Below, piece after piece: positions 15,650-24,111 of a stretch of DNA of 32,000 nucleotides (the first letter of the stretch is position 1; every line of letters starts with the position of its first letter). Origin of the DNA: Thermodesulfobacteriota bacterium. GTDB taxonomy: Bacteria > Desulfobacterota > WTBG01 > JAGOGO01. The position numbers and the translations under genes were made by a program. The DNA is taken from positions 2,265,622 to 2,297,621 of the forward strand of contig CP113000.1 in NCBI GenBank assembly GCA_026625185.1, read 5' to 3'. A model generated the notes under the pieces. The model did no database searches. It worked only from the letters and a program-made list of their open reading frames with translations, and was not told where the DNA came from.

Positions 15650-16792
15650 ATGATCCATCTCGTAATTGACACGACAGCATTTAGAAACGATCCTGCAAGA
15701 AAAAAGGCCGCTTTTCGTTCGTTGAAGCGGCTCGCCGAAGCCAGCGAGATTAGGCTCCACGTTCCGCACGTCGTTATGGAAGAGTTCCTTTCTCAGCAAA
15801 CCGAGCAATACGTTGCAGGGTTGTCGAATATAAGCACATCGGTCGTCAAGTTCAAGAAGAAGCATATGCCTGAGGGAGCTCGCAAGCTACTTGACAACAC
15901 TGATCGGCAATTAAATCGCCTGAAGGAAGAATTGGTGGCTTTTGTGCGATCCGACTTTGATCAATGGATTTTGGCAGTCAGTGCGGAGGTTCATTCCATT
16001 TCCGAATCCCACGGCAAGAAGGTGATGAACGCTTACTTTTCTGGTACCTTACCCTTTCGCGAGAAAAAGCGGCGGGAGGACATCCCCGATGCTTTCATTT
16101 GGCAAGTAATTCTTGACTTAGTTGAGAGTTTTGGTAAAGTCCACGTCGTGAGTGGCGATGGTGCGATTAGGACAGCATCAGAAGCTCACGGCAGCATAGT
16201 GTGCTTTGGTTCCTTAGAAGAGTTCATCGCTTCTGATACGTGCCAAACTCCGTTGAGAAAAAATCTTGCAAAGTCCAATTTGCAGCGCATAATTTCCATC
16301 TACCCGCAGATTCTTGATCAAATTAGGTCCGCTATTAACTCGCAAGCCGTGGACGTCCTTGCGGGAAAAACAGTGACGGGTCCCGAAATCCCAGATGACA
16401 ATAACGAGGCAACAATCATGTCGGTCGGAGACCCAGAAGACATTGAGATCACTATAGATGATACAGAGTATTTTGGAGAAGGTGTTTTTGTGGTTCCCGT
16501 CACGTTCAACGCTGAATGCCTGCTCAATTACGCCATATTCAAAGGGGACTTTTACGGACTGGCCGAAGATAAGATCAAGCAAATATCGATCAGCGAACTA
16601 AACGATCACTACTATGACGCCGAAGAGTACTATGTTCTGAACATTTCATCCTCCACAGCGTTGAATTTGAGTTCGGCAGAGATAGAATCCGAGGGAATAG
16701 GGGATAAACGACTTTCTGAACTCGCAGAGGAAGCAGAAATAACCCTTGATTCTGTGGAGGAAATCGAAGTCCCGTCTATGGGAGATTTTTGA
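15650..16792 (+). CDS. PIN-like nuclease-domain protein with coiled-coil insert and acidic ~190-aa C-terminal domain
   Basis: The acidic residues follow PIN order: HLVIDTTAFRND (Asp), HVPHVVMEEFLSQ (Glu), REDIPDAFIWQVILDL (Asp) and VHVVSGDGAI (Asp). The layout resembles my memory of DUF4935-type PIN-like proteins. GAAGGG lies 8 nt upstream of the ATG. Confidence 0.55.
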   Translation: MIHLVIDTTAFRNDPARKKAAFRSLKRLAEASEIRLHVPHVVMEEFLSQQTEQYVAGLSNISTSVVKFKKKHMPEGARKLLDNTDRQLNRLKEELVAFVRSDFDQWILAVSAEVHSISESHGKKVMNAYFSGTLPFREKKRREDIPDAFIWQVILDLVESFGKVHVVSGDGAIRTASEAHGSIVCFGSLEEFIASDTCQTPLRKNLAKSNLQRIISIYPQILDQIRSAINSQAVDVLAGKTVTGPEIPDDNNEATIMSVGDPEDIEITIDDTEYFGEGVFVVPVTFNAECLLNYAIFKGDFYGLAEDKIKQISISELNDHYYDAEEYYVLNISSSTALNLSSAEIESEGIGDKRLSELAEEAEITLDSVEEIEVPSMGDF

Positions 16793-16977
16793 TAAAGGCG
16801 CCCAACGAGACGGTGCAGCGGATCGCAAAAATCCGCCCCCGCTGATTAGCACATTATTCAGAAAAAAAGGGAATGCCCCAAACTTTATAAAATCCCCAAC
16901 AAAAGGGTTTTATGCGGATCTTGGTAAACAGTGTTAAGTAGGGTGAATAATAAGAAGACAAGGCCTGTACGGCCTCG

Positions 16978-17154
16978 TTAAATTTCCCCTTCCCTATTTG
17001 GTCTTTTGATTTTGTTTTGACTCCTCTCAAAGATTTTTAAGCAAAGCGATAAATACCGCTTCAGGTTATATTCCGCGGTTTTCAGTTCATCTTCAGAACA
17101 ACCTTGATAGAGATCTTCAATCCTTGTTTTTCCTTCCGAATTATCCTTTTCCAT
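16978..17154 (-). CDS. Possible 58-aa ORF (below the track threshold), unknown function
   Basis: MEKDNSEGKTRIEDLYQGCSEDELKTAEYNLKRYLSLCLKIFERSQNKIKRPNREGEI, translated by hand. The SD is poor, and a short hairpin AGGCC-tgtac-GGCCT follows the stop. Confidence 0.25.
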   Translation of the reverse strand: MEKDNSEGKTRIEDLYQGCSEDELKTAEYNLKRYLSLCLKIFERSQNKIKRPNREGEI

Positions 17155-17402
17155 GCCTCTACTCTAACTAAGATCATGAGGGAAAAAAGAGGGGTAAAGT
17201 TAGCTGAAAAAACAACCATGACTTCATTGGGGCAAGGAAAAGTCAGGTCCTTCGATCAGTGCAATTGAACCTGGTGACGCATTTACACTTTCTCCGATTG
17301 TGGTAGCATGAGGATGTACTAAGGCTATAACATCCACTCTCATAAGTGACTTCTCCTCCCATCCCTGGGAGGATTATCCGCTAATGGGAGTGGGTCAAAC
17401 CT

Positions 17403-18920
17403 ATGAAAAAATATTTCTCTTATCTCCGGGTCTCCAGTGCCAGAAAACAAGGAGATAACACCTCCCTCCCCCAGCAACGGGAAATCATCAAAAGTTTTGC
17501 CCTGCGCAATAATATAGAAATCATCCGGGAGTTTCAGGAAAAGGAAACCGCAGCCAAAAGAGGAAGAACGCTCTTTAATGAGATGATCAAGGAACTCAAG
17601 AAGAGGAAAGCCGAGGGAGTGCTGATCCACAAGATAGACCGGAGCGCCAGGAACCTCAAAGATTGGGCCGACCTGGGAGAACTTATTGACCACGATATTG
17701 ATGTCCGGTTTGTCTCAGAGAATATCGACATTCGCTCACGGGGTGGAAGGCTCTCGGCGGATATTCAAGCGGTGGTAGCCGCCGATTATATCAGAAACCT
17801 GCGGGAGGAAACCAAAAAGGGATTCTATGGCCGCTTACGACAAGGAATTTATCCCTTGCCCGCTCCGGTAGGGTACCAGGATAAAGGCAAAGGAAACCCT
17901 AAAGAGATTGACTCACTTCAGGCGCGGTTCGTGCGGAAGGCGTTCGAAATGTATGCTACCGGAAGCTGGAGTTTGGATGACCTGGTAGAAAAGATGTATG
18001 ACCTGGGGTTACGAAATAGACGAGGGGGAAAAGTTACCAGAAACGGCTTGGCCACCGTACTCCACAATCCTTTTTACATGGGACTCATTCAGCTTCAGGT
18101 TTCCCAAGAGGTGTTTCCGGGAAAGCACCATCCCATCGTTTCCAAGCACCTCTTCGATAAAGTTCAGGAGGTGCTCGGCGGAAAAGCCACAGAAAAAAAG
18201 CTTTCTCATTTTTTCATCTTTAGGAAGCTTGCGCGATGCAGGCTATGCGGGCACACCCTCGTCGGTGAGATCCAAAAAGGGCATGTATACTACCGCTGTC
18301 ACAGCAAGAATTGTCCTCAGAAAACCAGTAGAGAGGAGCTTATTGAAGCGGCGTTTACGAAAAAGCTCAAGCAATTACGATTTAACGAAGCAGAAAACCG
18401 ATACTTTCGCGAATGGCTTAAACGTTCCTACCAGCAGGTGCTGGAGTTTAAGGAGACTCAACACAAGGCGCTCAGTCTCAGGCTTGAGCAGACAAAAGAC
18501 CGGATGAGCAGAATTGCCGATGCGTATATTGAGGGTGTGTTTGATAAAGAAACGTACCAGGAAAAGAGGAGTGCCTTACTGCTGGAAGAAAAGGATATCG
18601 AAGAAAAAATGGAGCACCTGGACCGAAGCGAATCCAAAACTTTGGGGAAAATTGAAAAATTCCTCGAACTCGCTAATAACGCCTATTTAACCTATAAATT
18701 GGCAACTCCCGAGGAAAAAAGGGGTTTGGTAAAAATCGTTACCTCGAACCTTTCGGTTGAAGACAAAAATGTCTTTATTGAGCTAAATTTCCCCTTTAAA
18801 GTGATTGAAAACCGACCAAAAAATATAAACGGTACCCCGTATCGAGCCGTACCTCGAACTTTTTTGCTTCTGTTGAGCCAACTTTATGAATATTTTAGTG
18901 TTCAGGGGGATGAGGAGTAG
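17403..18920 (+). CDS. Large serine recombinase (integrase/transposase type)
   Basis: Motifs: YLRVSSARKQ (catalytic Ser), LIHKIDRSARNLKDW, the recombinase domain WSLDDLVEKMYDLGLRNRRGGKVTRNGLATVLHNPFYMG, the zinc ribbon CRLCGHTLVG...YYRCHSKNC and a coiled-coil C-terminus. Length is 505 aa. Confidence 0.9.
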   Translation: MKKYFSYLRVSSARKQGDNTSLPQQREIIKSFALRNNIEIIREFQEKETAAKRGRTLFNEMIKELKKRKAEGVLIHKIDRSARNLKDWADLGELIDHDIDVRFVSENIDIRSRGGRLSADIQAVVAADYIRNLREETKKGFYGRLRQGIYPLPAPVGYQDKGKGNPKEIDSLQARFVRKAFEMYATGSWSLDDLVEKMYDLGLRNRRGGKVTRNGLATVLHNPFYMGLIQLQVSQEVFPGKHHPIVSKHLFDKVQEVLGGKATEKKLSHFFIFRKLARCRLCGHTLVGEIQKGHVYYRCHSKNCPQKTSREELIEAAFTKKLKQLRFNEAENRYFREWLKRSYQQVLEFKETQHKALSLRLEQTKDRMSRIADAYIEGVFDKETYQEKRSALLLEEKDIEEKMEHLDRSESKTLGKIEKFLELANNAYLTYKLATPEEKRGLVKIVTSNLSVEDKNVFIELNFPFKVIENRPKNINGTPYRAVPRTFLLLLSQLYEYFSVQGDEE

Positions 18921-19090
18921 GTACGACATATCTTATTTATGTAAAGCATAGCGCAGAACCTATTTAACTGGAAAGGGGGGAGAATTTTCCCAAGTAGACA
19001 ACTTTTATCCAAAATAATTCTTACCCAAGTTCCAATCAATACAAATCTTCAATTAATTTTGCAAAAGTGCCGATTTAAAGACCAGCCAAA

Positions 19091-19942
19091 TTACAATTTT
19101 TCTGAAATCTCCCGCTTCAGAATTGTTTTTATGTTCCGGCTCATATTCTTGACAAAATTGGGGTTGTTAATCAGGGATTCAAGATCAAGCTGGATGCTCC
19201 GATTATCTATTTGGCCAACCATGGCAAGAAGCTTCTCCTTGAGGTCTTCCATGGTATCGAACCCTTCGATACAGGAGAGGTTGGGTTTAATCCCTTTCTG
19301 AAGATACCAGAGGAGATCAAAATAGTCCCGCCCCTTTACCTTCGCCGTAGTCTTTCCCTGTTTGTCCGTTTTTTCCCATTTCCGGAAAAGAATTGCCCTA
19401 ATCTTGGTCGCCATGAGCGTGGCCGGGTCAAGCGTTTTGATGAGAACTGAGCGGTTGAATTTGAAGATCGGGCGGATGTCCGTCGTATACCTTTCACAAA
19501 AATCGAACTTGGAGTAGACTTCAACCTTGAGAAAAAGGTTGTCGGTCTCTTCCCTGTTGGAAATGCCAAGATCGCGCAAGATCGGAAACTTCAGATAAAT
19601 ACGGAACTTCTGGACAGTTGTTGTTACATCAAGGTCGGTGCGCTTGGAAAAATAATCCTCCAAATCCTTGGCCAGCTTCGAGATGTTGACTTTCTTCGTT
19701 TCATCGATGAAATCCAGATCCTCCGAAAGCCGCTGAAGATCGAAGCAGTGCGCGAGCGCCGAGCCTCCGTAAAAAATGAGCCTGCTGTAAACGGGATGAG
19801 AGTACATGAAATCAAGAACCACGATCTGCAGGTACTCCTTAAGGAGATTTCGCTTCAGAAGATTGTTGCGGGATGGAGATTCACTAATGATATTTGATAG
19901 GGCCGGTTTGATAGTTTCCATAATGGTTGTCATTTTAGCCAA
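19091..19942 (-). CDS. abiEii: AbiEii/AbiGii-family nucleotidyltransferase toxin (type IV TA)
   Basis: LLKEYLQIVVLDFMYSHPVYSRLIFYGGSALAHCFDLQRLSEDLDFID matches the family signature (fkGGTaL...R.SeDlDF). Confidence 0.85.
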   Translation of the reverse strand: MAKMTTIMETIKPALSNIISESPSRNNLLKRNLLKEYLQIVVLDFMYSHPVYSRLIFYGGSALAHCFDLQRLSEDLDFIDETKKVNISKLAKDLEDYFSKRTDLDVTTTVQKFRIYLKFPILRDLGISNREETDNLFLKVEVYSKFDFCERYTTDIRPIFKFNRSVLIKTLDPATLMATKIRAILFRKWEKTDKQGKTTAKVKGRDYFDLLWYLQKGIKPNLSCIEGFDTMEDLKEKLLAMVGQIDNRSIQLDLESLINNPNFVKNMSRNIKTILKREISEKL

Positions 19943-20571
19943 TTAATAATCTCCTTCATTCGAGGCGATTTTTCCAAGGTAAGGTATCCGGCAAGCTCCG
20001 TGAAATCGCTCTTTGAAAATTCATCAAGGTTGAGTCGCAGTTCCTCTACCGCCCGTTTATCCACCAAAAGTCTTTTGCGAAAATAGAGAAAATCAAAGAG
20101 CGCCTTGGCTTTCGTCGCCTTACAAATTGAAAAGTTTCCTTTTTTAATCATGTTAAATCCGACGAATAATTCTTCCTTTATTTTATGGTAGATAAAAATG
20201 CCCAGGTCATTGGATAACTGCTCCGTCTTCCGAAGTCCTACCGATGTTATATTCCGGGGAATCTCAGTGAGCATGTTGTGTTCGTGGAGCACATAATCAA
20301 GGCTAAGATATGAGGGCCTATACAGCGTGTTGGCCGCAAATTCAACATAATCCGAAAAGAAGCCTCTTCGCTCTGCCGTATCAAGGTAACTCCTCGTTAC
20401 GTACAGATTTCTTCTCAGGCGAACCATTGTTCCCCGCTTCATCTGGCGCGAAAGGATAATATTGAGAGACGCTTTCTTTTCGCCGAGAGGGGCAAGATCG
20501 GCAGCGCCAAAAGCTGGCAGGGTTGCTACCAAGTTAAGGATTCGTTTTGTTTTGATATCGTCGTTTCTCAT
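19930..20571 (-). CDS. abiEi: AbiEi-family antitoxin/transcriptional autoregulator
   Basis: Position and 13-nt overlap with abiEii support the call. The N-terminal wHTH-like region carries GTMVRLRRNLYVTRS (the G.l.rl.rGlY motif). Confidence 0.75.
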   Translation of the reverse strand: MRNDDIKTKRILNLVATLPAFGAADLAPLGEKKASLNIILSRQMKRGTMVRLRRNLYVTRSYLDTAERRGFFSDYVEFAANTLYRPSYLSLDYVLHEHNMLTEIPRNITSVGLRKTEQLSNDLGIFIYHKIKEELFVGFNMIKKGNFSICKATKAKALFDFLYFRKRLLVDKRAVEELRLNLDEFSKSDFTELAGYLTLEKSPRMKEIINWLK

Positions 20572-20611
20572 AATATACTTGAATAGTATATTTAAAGAAA
20601 CAAGATGTCAA
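20572..20611 (-). promoter_or_regulatory. abiE promoter with inverted-repeat operator
   Basis: Minus strand: TTGACA (20611-20606), a 15-nt spacer, then TATACT. The 8-bp IR AATATACT-N5-AGTATATT (20572-20592) covers the -10 and ends at the start codon. Confidence 0.5.
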
Positions 20612-20988
20612 TAGGAACTGCTATGAAAAGATGGGGTTAAATAAGCGGTTACTTTTCTGATGCCTATTCTGATGATTCCTGGGACATAGCTTGAACGCTT
20701 GGCGGGGTTATAAGCGGGCATATAAAACCGGCCAGTGGTGGGCGAATCAAAAAAGGCCATTTTCAAGGAACAATACTTGTGAAAACATTGCCACCTGAAA
20801 GAAGGTGAGTCGCGGCCTGTTTGACGCAGGGCTTTTGCAAAAAATTGATTGGAGAAATCCGTTGGTTATGGAAAGAAAAATTAAATTGTTAATATAATTT
20901 TATTATAGGACATTTTCTGAATTTGTGCAAATTTAGAAAAGTGGTAGGCTAAACAATCGATTCTATTAAAACGAAATGTTTTTAGACT

Positions 20989-21726
20989 TCAAATTAAATT
21001 GTCTTTCAATTTCCTTTTTCCGCTTTTTGCTTCCAGGAGAAACTGCAAAGAGCGTTGAGCAACATTCCGCGGTATTTTATCTCTGAGTTCTAACAGAAAA
21101 GGAAAATGACAGCCCCGCAGGCGTTTTCCGTTTCCACAAGGACAGGGCCAGTGCCCCTTGATTTTTGGCGCTATGATAAACAACATAAACTTTATTACAA
21201 TATCCATATCTTCAGTGCCGAAAAGCTGCACATAGTAGTCACGAATTCCTCTTACTCCATGATCCCATACACCAAAGGGCCAAGCTTCGCCTCGTTCAAC
21301 TAAGCTTTGGCCCAAAAAGAAGTTGTGAACCGGACAGTTCAGAAATTCCAGGAAAGTACTGCCAATTGGCCATATTTCCGAGCGCTGTTCTGGCAAGAAA
21401 AGACATGCTTCCCCTTTTTCATTCATATGGCGATCCAGGGTTCGGGGTATACGTCCACCAACCTCCTCAACGATTGGAATAGATTTTGGGTAATCTTTTA
21501 AAAATGTAATCTTTATCGAATATCTATCGAGGGACTTTTTATCATGGCGAATAGGGAATGATCCCTCTACAACTATCACCCCGTTACTCTCGTAGAAGTG
21601 GAGATTAGGAAAATCATCCTTAATCTCCTCTTTCATCTCGACAAGAAGGGCAGGGTTTTCTTTATACCATACCTTTCTCATAATCAAGCCAGGGTTTAGT
21701 AGGTTTAACAACGGAAGATGCGGCAA
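20989..21726 (-). CDS. Stand-alone E2/UBC-like protein with C-terminal SEC-C zinc motif (CBASS type II-short accessory)
   Basis: The UBC-like core is YPKSIPIVEEVGGRIPRTLDRHMNEKGEACLFLP (compare HPN...G.iCL). The SEC-C motif is GHWPCPCGNGKRLRGCH. Start choice: TTG 21726 has AAGG 7 nt upstream, while the first ATG is at 21681. Either start overlaps the CD-NTase 3' end. Confidence 0.6.
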   Translation of the reverse strand: MPHLPLLNLLNPGLIMRKVWYKENPALLVEMKEEIKDDFPNLHFYESNGVIVVEGSFPIRHDKKSLDRYSIKITFLKDYPKSIPIVEEVGGRIPRTLDRHMNEKGEACLFLPEQRSEIWPIGSTFLEFLNCPVHNFFLGQSLVERGEAWPFGVWDHGVRGIRDYYVQLFGTEDMDIVIKFMLFIIAPKIKGHWPCPCGNGKRLRGCHFPFLLELRDKIPRNVAQRSLQFLLEAKSGKRKLKDNLI

Positions 21727-22576
21727 CTTTCAACCTTGCCGTTTTGTTGTCTTCATTTTCTTCAACTTCACCGAAAATAGCTTCCCAGCCGGAATCCTCG
21801 ATACCCTTTAGCGTTGTTCCCGCTACATAAGAAAGCGTAGAACGAATCGTTGCGGATAATAAATCAGAAAGGTCGTTACCAGTTGGATTGGCTGGATCTT
21901 CAATAGAAAGATTGTCGATGTTGTCACGCATTTCCTTCCAGACATATTCGAGCTGTTCTGTCAGGCTGGAAGATTGTCTCTTTTTGAGCAGCTTAATGAC
22001 AAGTAGCTCCAGCGCGAAATGTGTTATCGATAGTCCATTACGGGTGCGCCATAGTTTCATAAGCCGAATTGCCTCAGTGACCCCGCTATTTTTGATATGG
22101 TTAAGGTGAACATCCAAGTTTGTCTTTAACCTCTTCTTCTCTCCCGACGATCTATAAAGAAAGACATCACTCTTGGAAGCATCAGTATAGCGACCGGGAA
22201 CCACATCGATATGGAAGTCTACACCTAGGTTCTCCTTACTGTTACCCTTAATACGAAGAGCAGACGGTTTTTGTTCTACCATATATTCTTTGGATAGAGC
22301 CGTGCGAACATTGTTATAAATATCCTCCAATGTTACTCCTGCCGCAGTATCGTCATTGGGAAAATATGAGATGATATCGAGGTCGTAGGCATCGCGAATC
22401 ATAGTGCCTTTGGCCTTTGAACCTCCGTAGCGAATAGTGGGAGACGACTCGCTAAAGTGGTCACGCAAGAGATTTTCTACGTCAGCTCTATGTTGCTGTA
22501 ACGCCGCAAGCTCCGGGCCATCGAAAGACAGAGTCTGAGATTTTAACACTTCTTTAAGATACTTTTCGTTGTCCAT
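21662..22576 (-). CDS. CD-NTase (cGAS/DncV-like nucleotidyltransferase, SMODS-type)
   Basis: IRYGGSKAKGTMIRDAYDLDIISYF gives the G[S/G] and DxD motifs, and VDFHIDVVPGRY gives the third Asp. GGAGGT lies 8 nt upstream of the ATG, and the gap to the cap5 stop is 1 nt. Confidence 0.8.
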   Translation of the reverse strand: MDNEKYLKEVLKSQTLSFDGPELAALQQHRADVENLLRDHFSESSPTIRYGGSKAKGTMIRDAYDLDIISYFPNDDTAAGVTLEDIYNNVRTALSKEYMVEQKPSALRIKGNSKENLGVDFHIDVVPGRYTDASKSDVFLYRSSGEKKRLKTNLDVHLNHIKNSGVTEAIRLMKLWRTRNGLSITHFALELLVIKLLKKRQSSSLTEQLEYVWKEMRDNIDNLSIEDPANPTGNDLSDLLSATIRSTLSYVAGTTLKGIEDSGWEAIFGEVEENEDNKTARLKVAASSVVKPTKPWLDYEKGMV

Positions 22577-22577
22577 A

Positions 22578-23741
22578 TTATTTTACCTCCAATTTAAAAA
22601 TAAAACCGCCCTTGGCTTTGTCGAAATCATATATCTTCAAAGCTGGGTCTACCTTTGGCAATAATTCCCTTCCACAAATAATAGCAACGGGTGCTGGGAC
22701 GGCAGGAAACAATTCGATTGCCCGCAATTCGGTTCCATGGTCGCGCATAATACTGCGAAGCGACAATTGATAGATGTTTTTGAATTCCGTGAGAGCTTCT
22801 CTTGTTTTCAAAAATGTCGGATTGGGCGATGGGATGCCGAGTGTAATTTCGTAAACATAAAAACGATCGTTAATCTCTGCGGGTAGATCGTTGAGATGAA
22901 TGACTCCGCTCAATGAAAGTACCAGAGCCACTTTCGAGATATCTGTTCCGTAGCGAAGCCGATTGAATCTGTATGTAACTGGTTCTCCTGAAGTCTTCCA
23001 CACCCAGTCTTCCGTATCGCGATGACGCTGGTAAGGATCAACCGCAATCTTATTGCTTAATTGCTTACCCAAAAAAATCAGTAGCGGAATGGGGGCTAGA
23101 GCAAAGAGTGATATATGCCTGGTTCGATCAGCATTCATTCCTGGAGCGTAGAGGCTATCTATTCTGCGTTTAATTTCCTCTGATGCTAATTGGAAGAAGG
23201 CAGGGCTCTCTTCACCAAAACTTGTCAAATCGATGACAAACCCTTTCTTATCATCTGGATACCGCGGATAAACTGCATCTGCGACTTGGGAAACGGGAAT
23301 ATCTACTGATTGTCCACCGATCTTAGCTTTAAGTTGGAAGATTGTAGTTCTCAGCTCAGGACCGAGTCCGGTAAGATGTTTGATGCGATCCTCATGCTGA
23401 TGTTTCTGTTCCTCAAGAATGGAACGTGAGTACCGTTCTGGATGGTCATCTATCAGTTTGTGGCATTGGGGACAAAGCAACATCAGGTTTGAAACATCAT
23501 TAATGTTAGCAGGGCGAAATGAAGTTTTTCCTCTTGGTCCAGCTACACTGAAGGCAACGACATGAGCAACCTGAGCAAAGTTTCCGGAGGTAAGAGTTAA
23601 CGGATGTTCTAAAAGATATTTGTTGCAGCCATCAAATTCGCATCGACCTCCGGCATGTACAAAAAGAAGGAGACGAGGAATTGTGGCAATTTCCCTTCCC
23701 TTAACACTTTTTATTGGAGACTGATCTTTTATCGTTCCCAT
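22578..23741 (-). CDS. cap5: Cap5-type CBASS effector: N-terminal HNH endonuclease fused to a SAVED sensor domain
   Basis: HNH motifs are GGRCEFDGC...QVAHVVAF...NLMLLCPQCHKLIDDH. The SAVED-like C-terminus has HISLFALAPIPLLIFLGKQLSN...DPYQRHRD and IELFPAVPAPVAIICGREL. Confidence 0.85.
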   Translation of the reverse strand: MGTIKDQSPIKSVKGREIATIPRLLLFVHAGGRCEFDGCNKYLLEHPLTLTSGNFAQVAHVVAFSVAGPRGKTSFRPANINDVSNLMLLCPQCHKLIDDHPERYSRSILEEQKHQHEDRIKHLTGLGPELRTTIFQLKAKIGGQSVDIPVSQVADAVYPRYPDDKKGFVIDLTSFGEESPAFFQLASEEIKRRIDSLYAPGMNADRTRHISLFALAPIPLLIFLGKQLSNKIAVDPYQRHRDTEDWVWKTSGEPVTYRFNRLRYGTDISKVALVLSLSGVIHLNDLPAEINDRFYVYEITLGIPSPNPTFLKTREALTEFKNIYQLSLRSIMRDHGTELRAIELFPAVPAPVAIICGRELLPKVDPALKIYDFDKAKGGFIFKLEVK

Positions 23742-23761
23742 TTTTTTGGTACCTGCCGCAT

Positions 23762-23995
23762 TTAGTGTTTTGTGTCTTTAGGTGGATTAGGATCTTTGCC
23801 GTAGCTATCTTTGTCCTGAATTCTTCCGTCTTTGCCATGGATTACGTGTTCGACATGACCTTTCTTGGCCTCAACAACCGCACTCTGCATAGCATTGGCT
23901 TTAGTATTGTGTGTTGAGATTGGTTCTTTTATTCCTTCTTTTTTTACCGCCCACTTATTTCCCAAAGGTACAGTGTGAATGTTTTTGTTTCCCAT
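23762..23995 (-). CDS. Small DUF2188-like protein, first gene of the CBASS transcription unit
   Basis: 77 aa. HTVPLGNKWAVKKEG...THNTKANAMQSAVVEAKKGHVEHVIHGKDGRIQDKDSYGKDPNPPKD fits my memory of DUF2188. A strong SD (AAGGGGGT) lies 8 nt upstream, and the gap to cap5 is 20 nt. Confidence 0.55.
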   Translation of the reverse strand: MGNKNIHTVPLGNKWAVKKEGIKEPISTHNTKANAMQSAVVEAKKGHVEHVIHGKDGRIQDKDSYGKDPNPPKDTKH

Positions 23996-24063
23996 GTTAT
24001 TTACCCCCTTAAATTTTATTATTTGCCCTGTTGACTTTCAGAGCGTATTGCCGCATTTAATCT

Positions 24064-24111
24064 TGTAAGCTTACTTGCTTACATGATAAAGAAAAAAAAT
24101 CATAATGTCAA
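24064..24111 (-). promoter_or_regulatory. Promoter of the DUF2188-cap5-cdn-E2 unit with overlapping operator palindrome
   Basis: Minus strand: TTGACA (24111-24106), a 17-nt spacer and TATCAT (24088-24083). Immediately after comes TGTAAGC-N6-GCTTACA (24064-24083), which covers the predicted +1. Confidence 0.65.

Noticed and set aside
15575-16582. Minus-strand ORFs 15575-15865, 16214-16582 and 16318-16527
   Set aside because: They are antisense to the PIN-like gene and have no motifs or RBS.
17340-17731. Minus-strand ORFs 17340-17693 and 17534-17731 overlapping the serine recombinase 5' end
   Set aside because: They are antisense to the catalytic-domain coding region of a well-supported recombinase gene.
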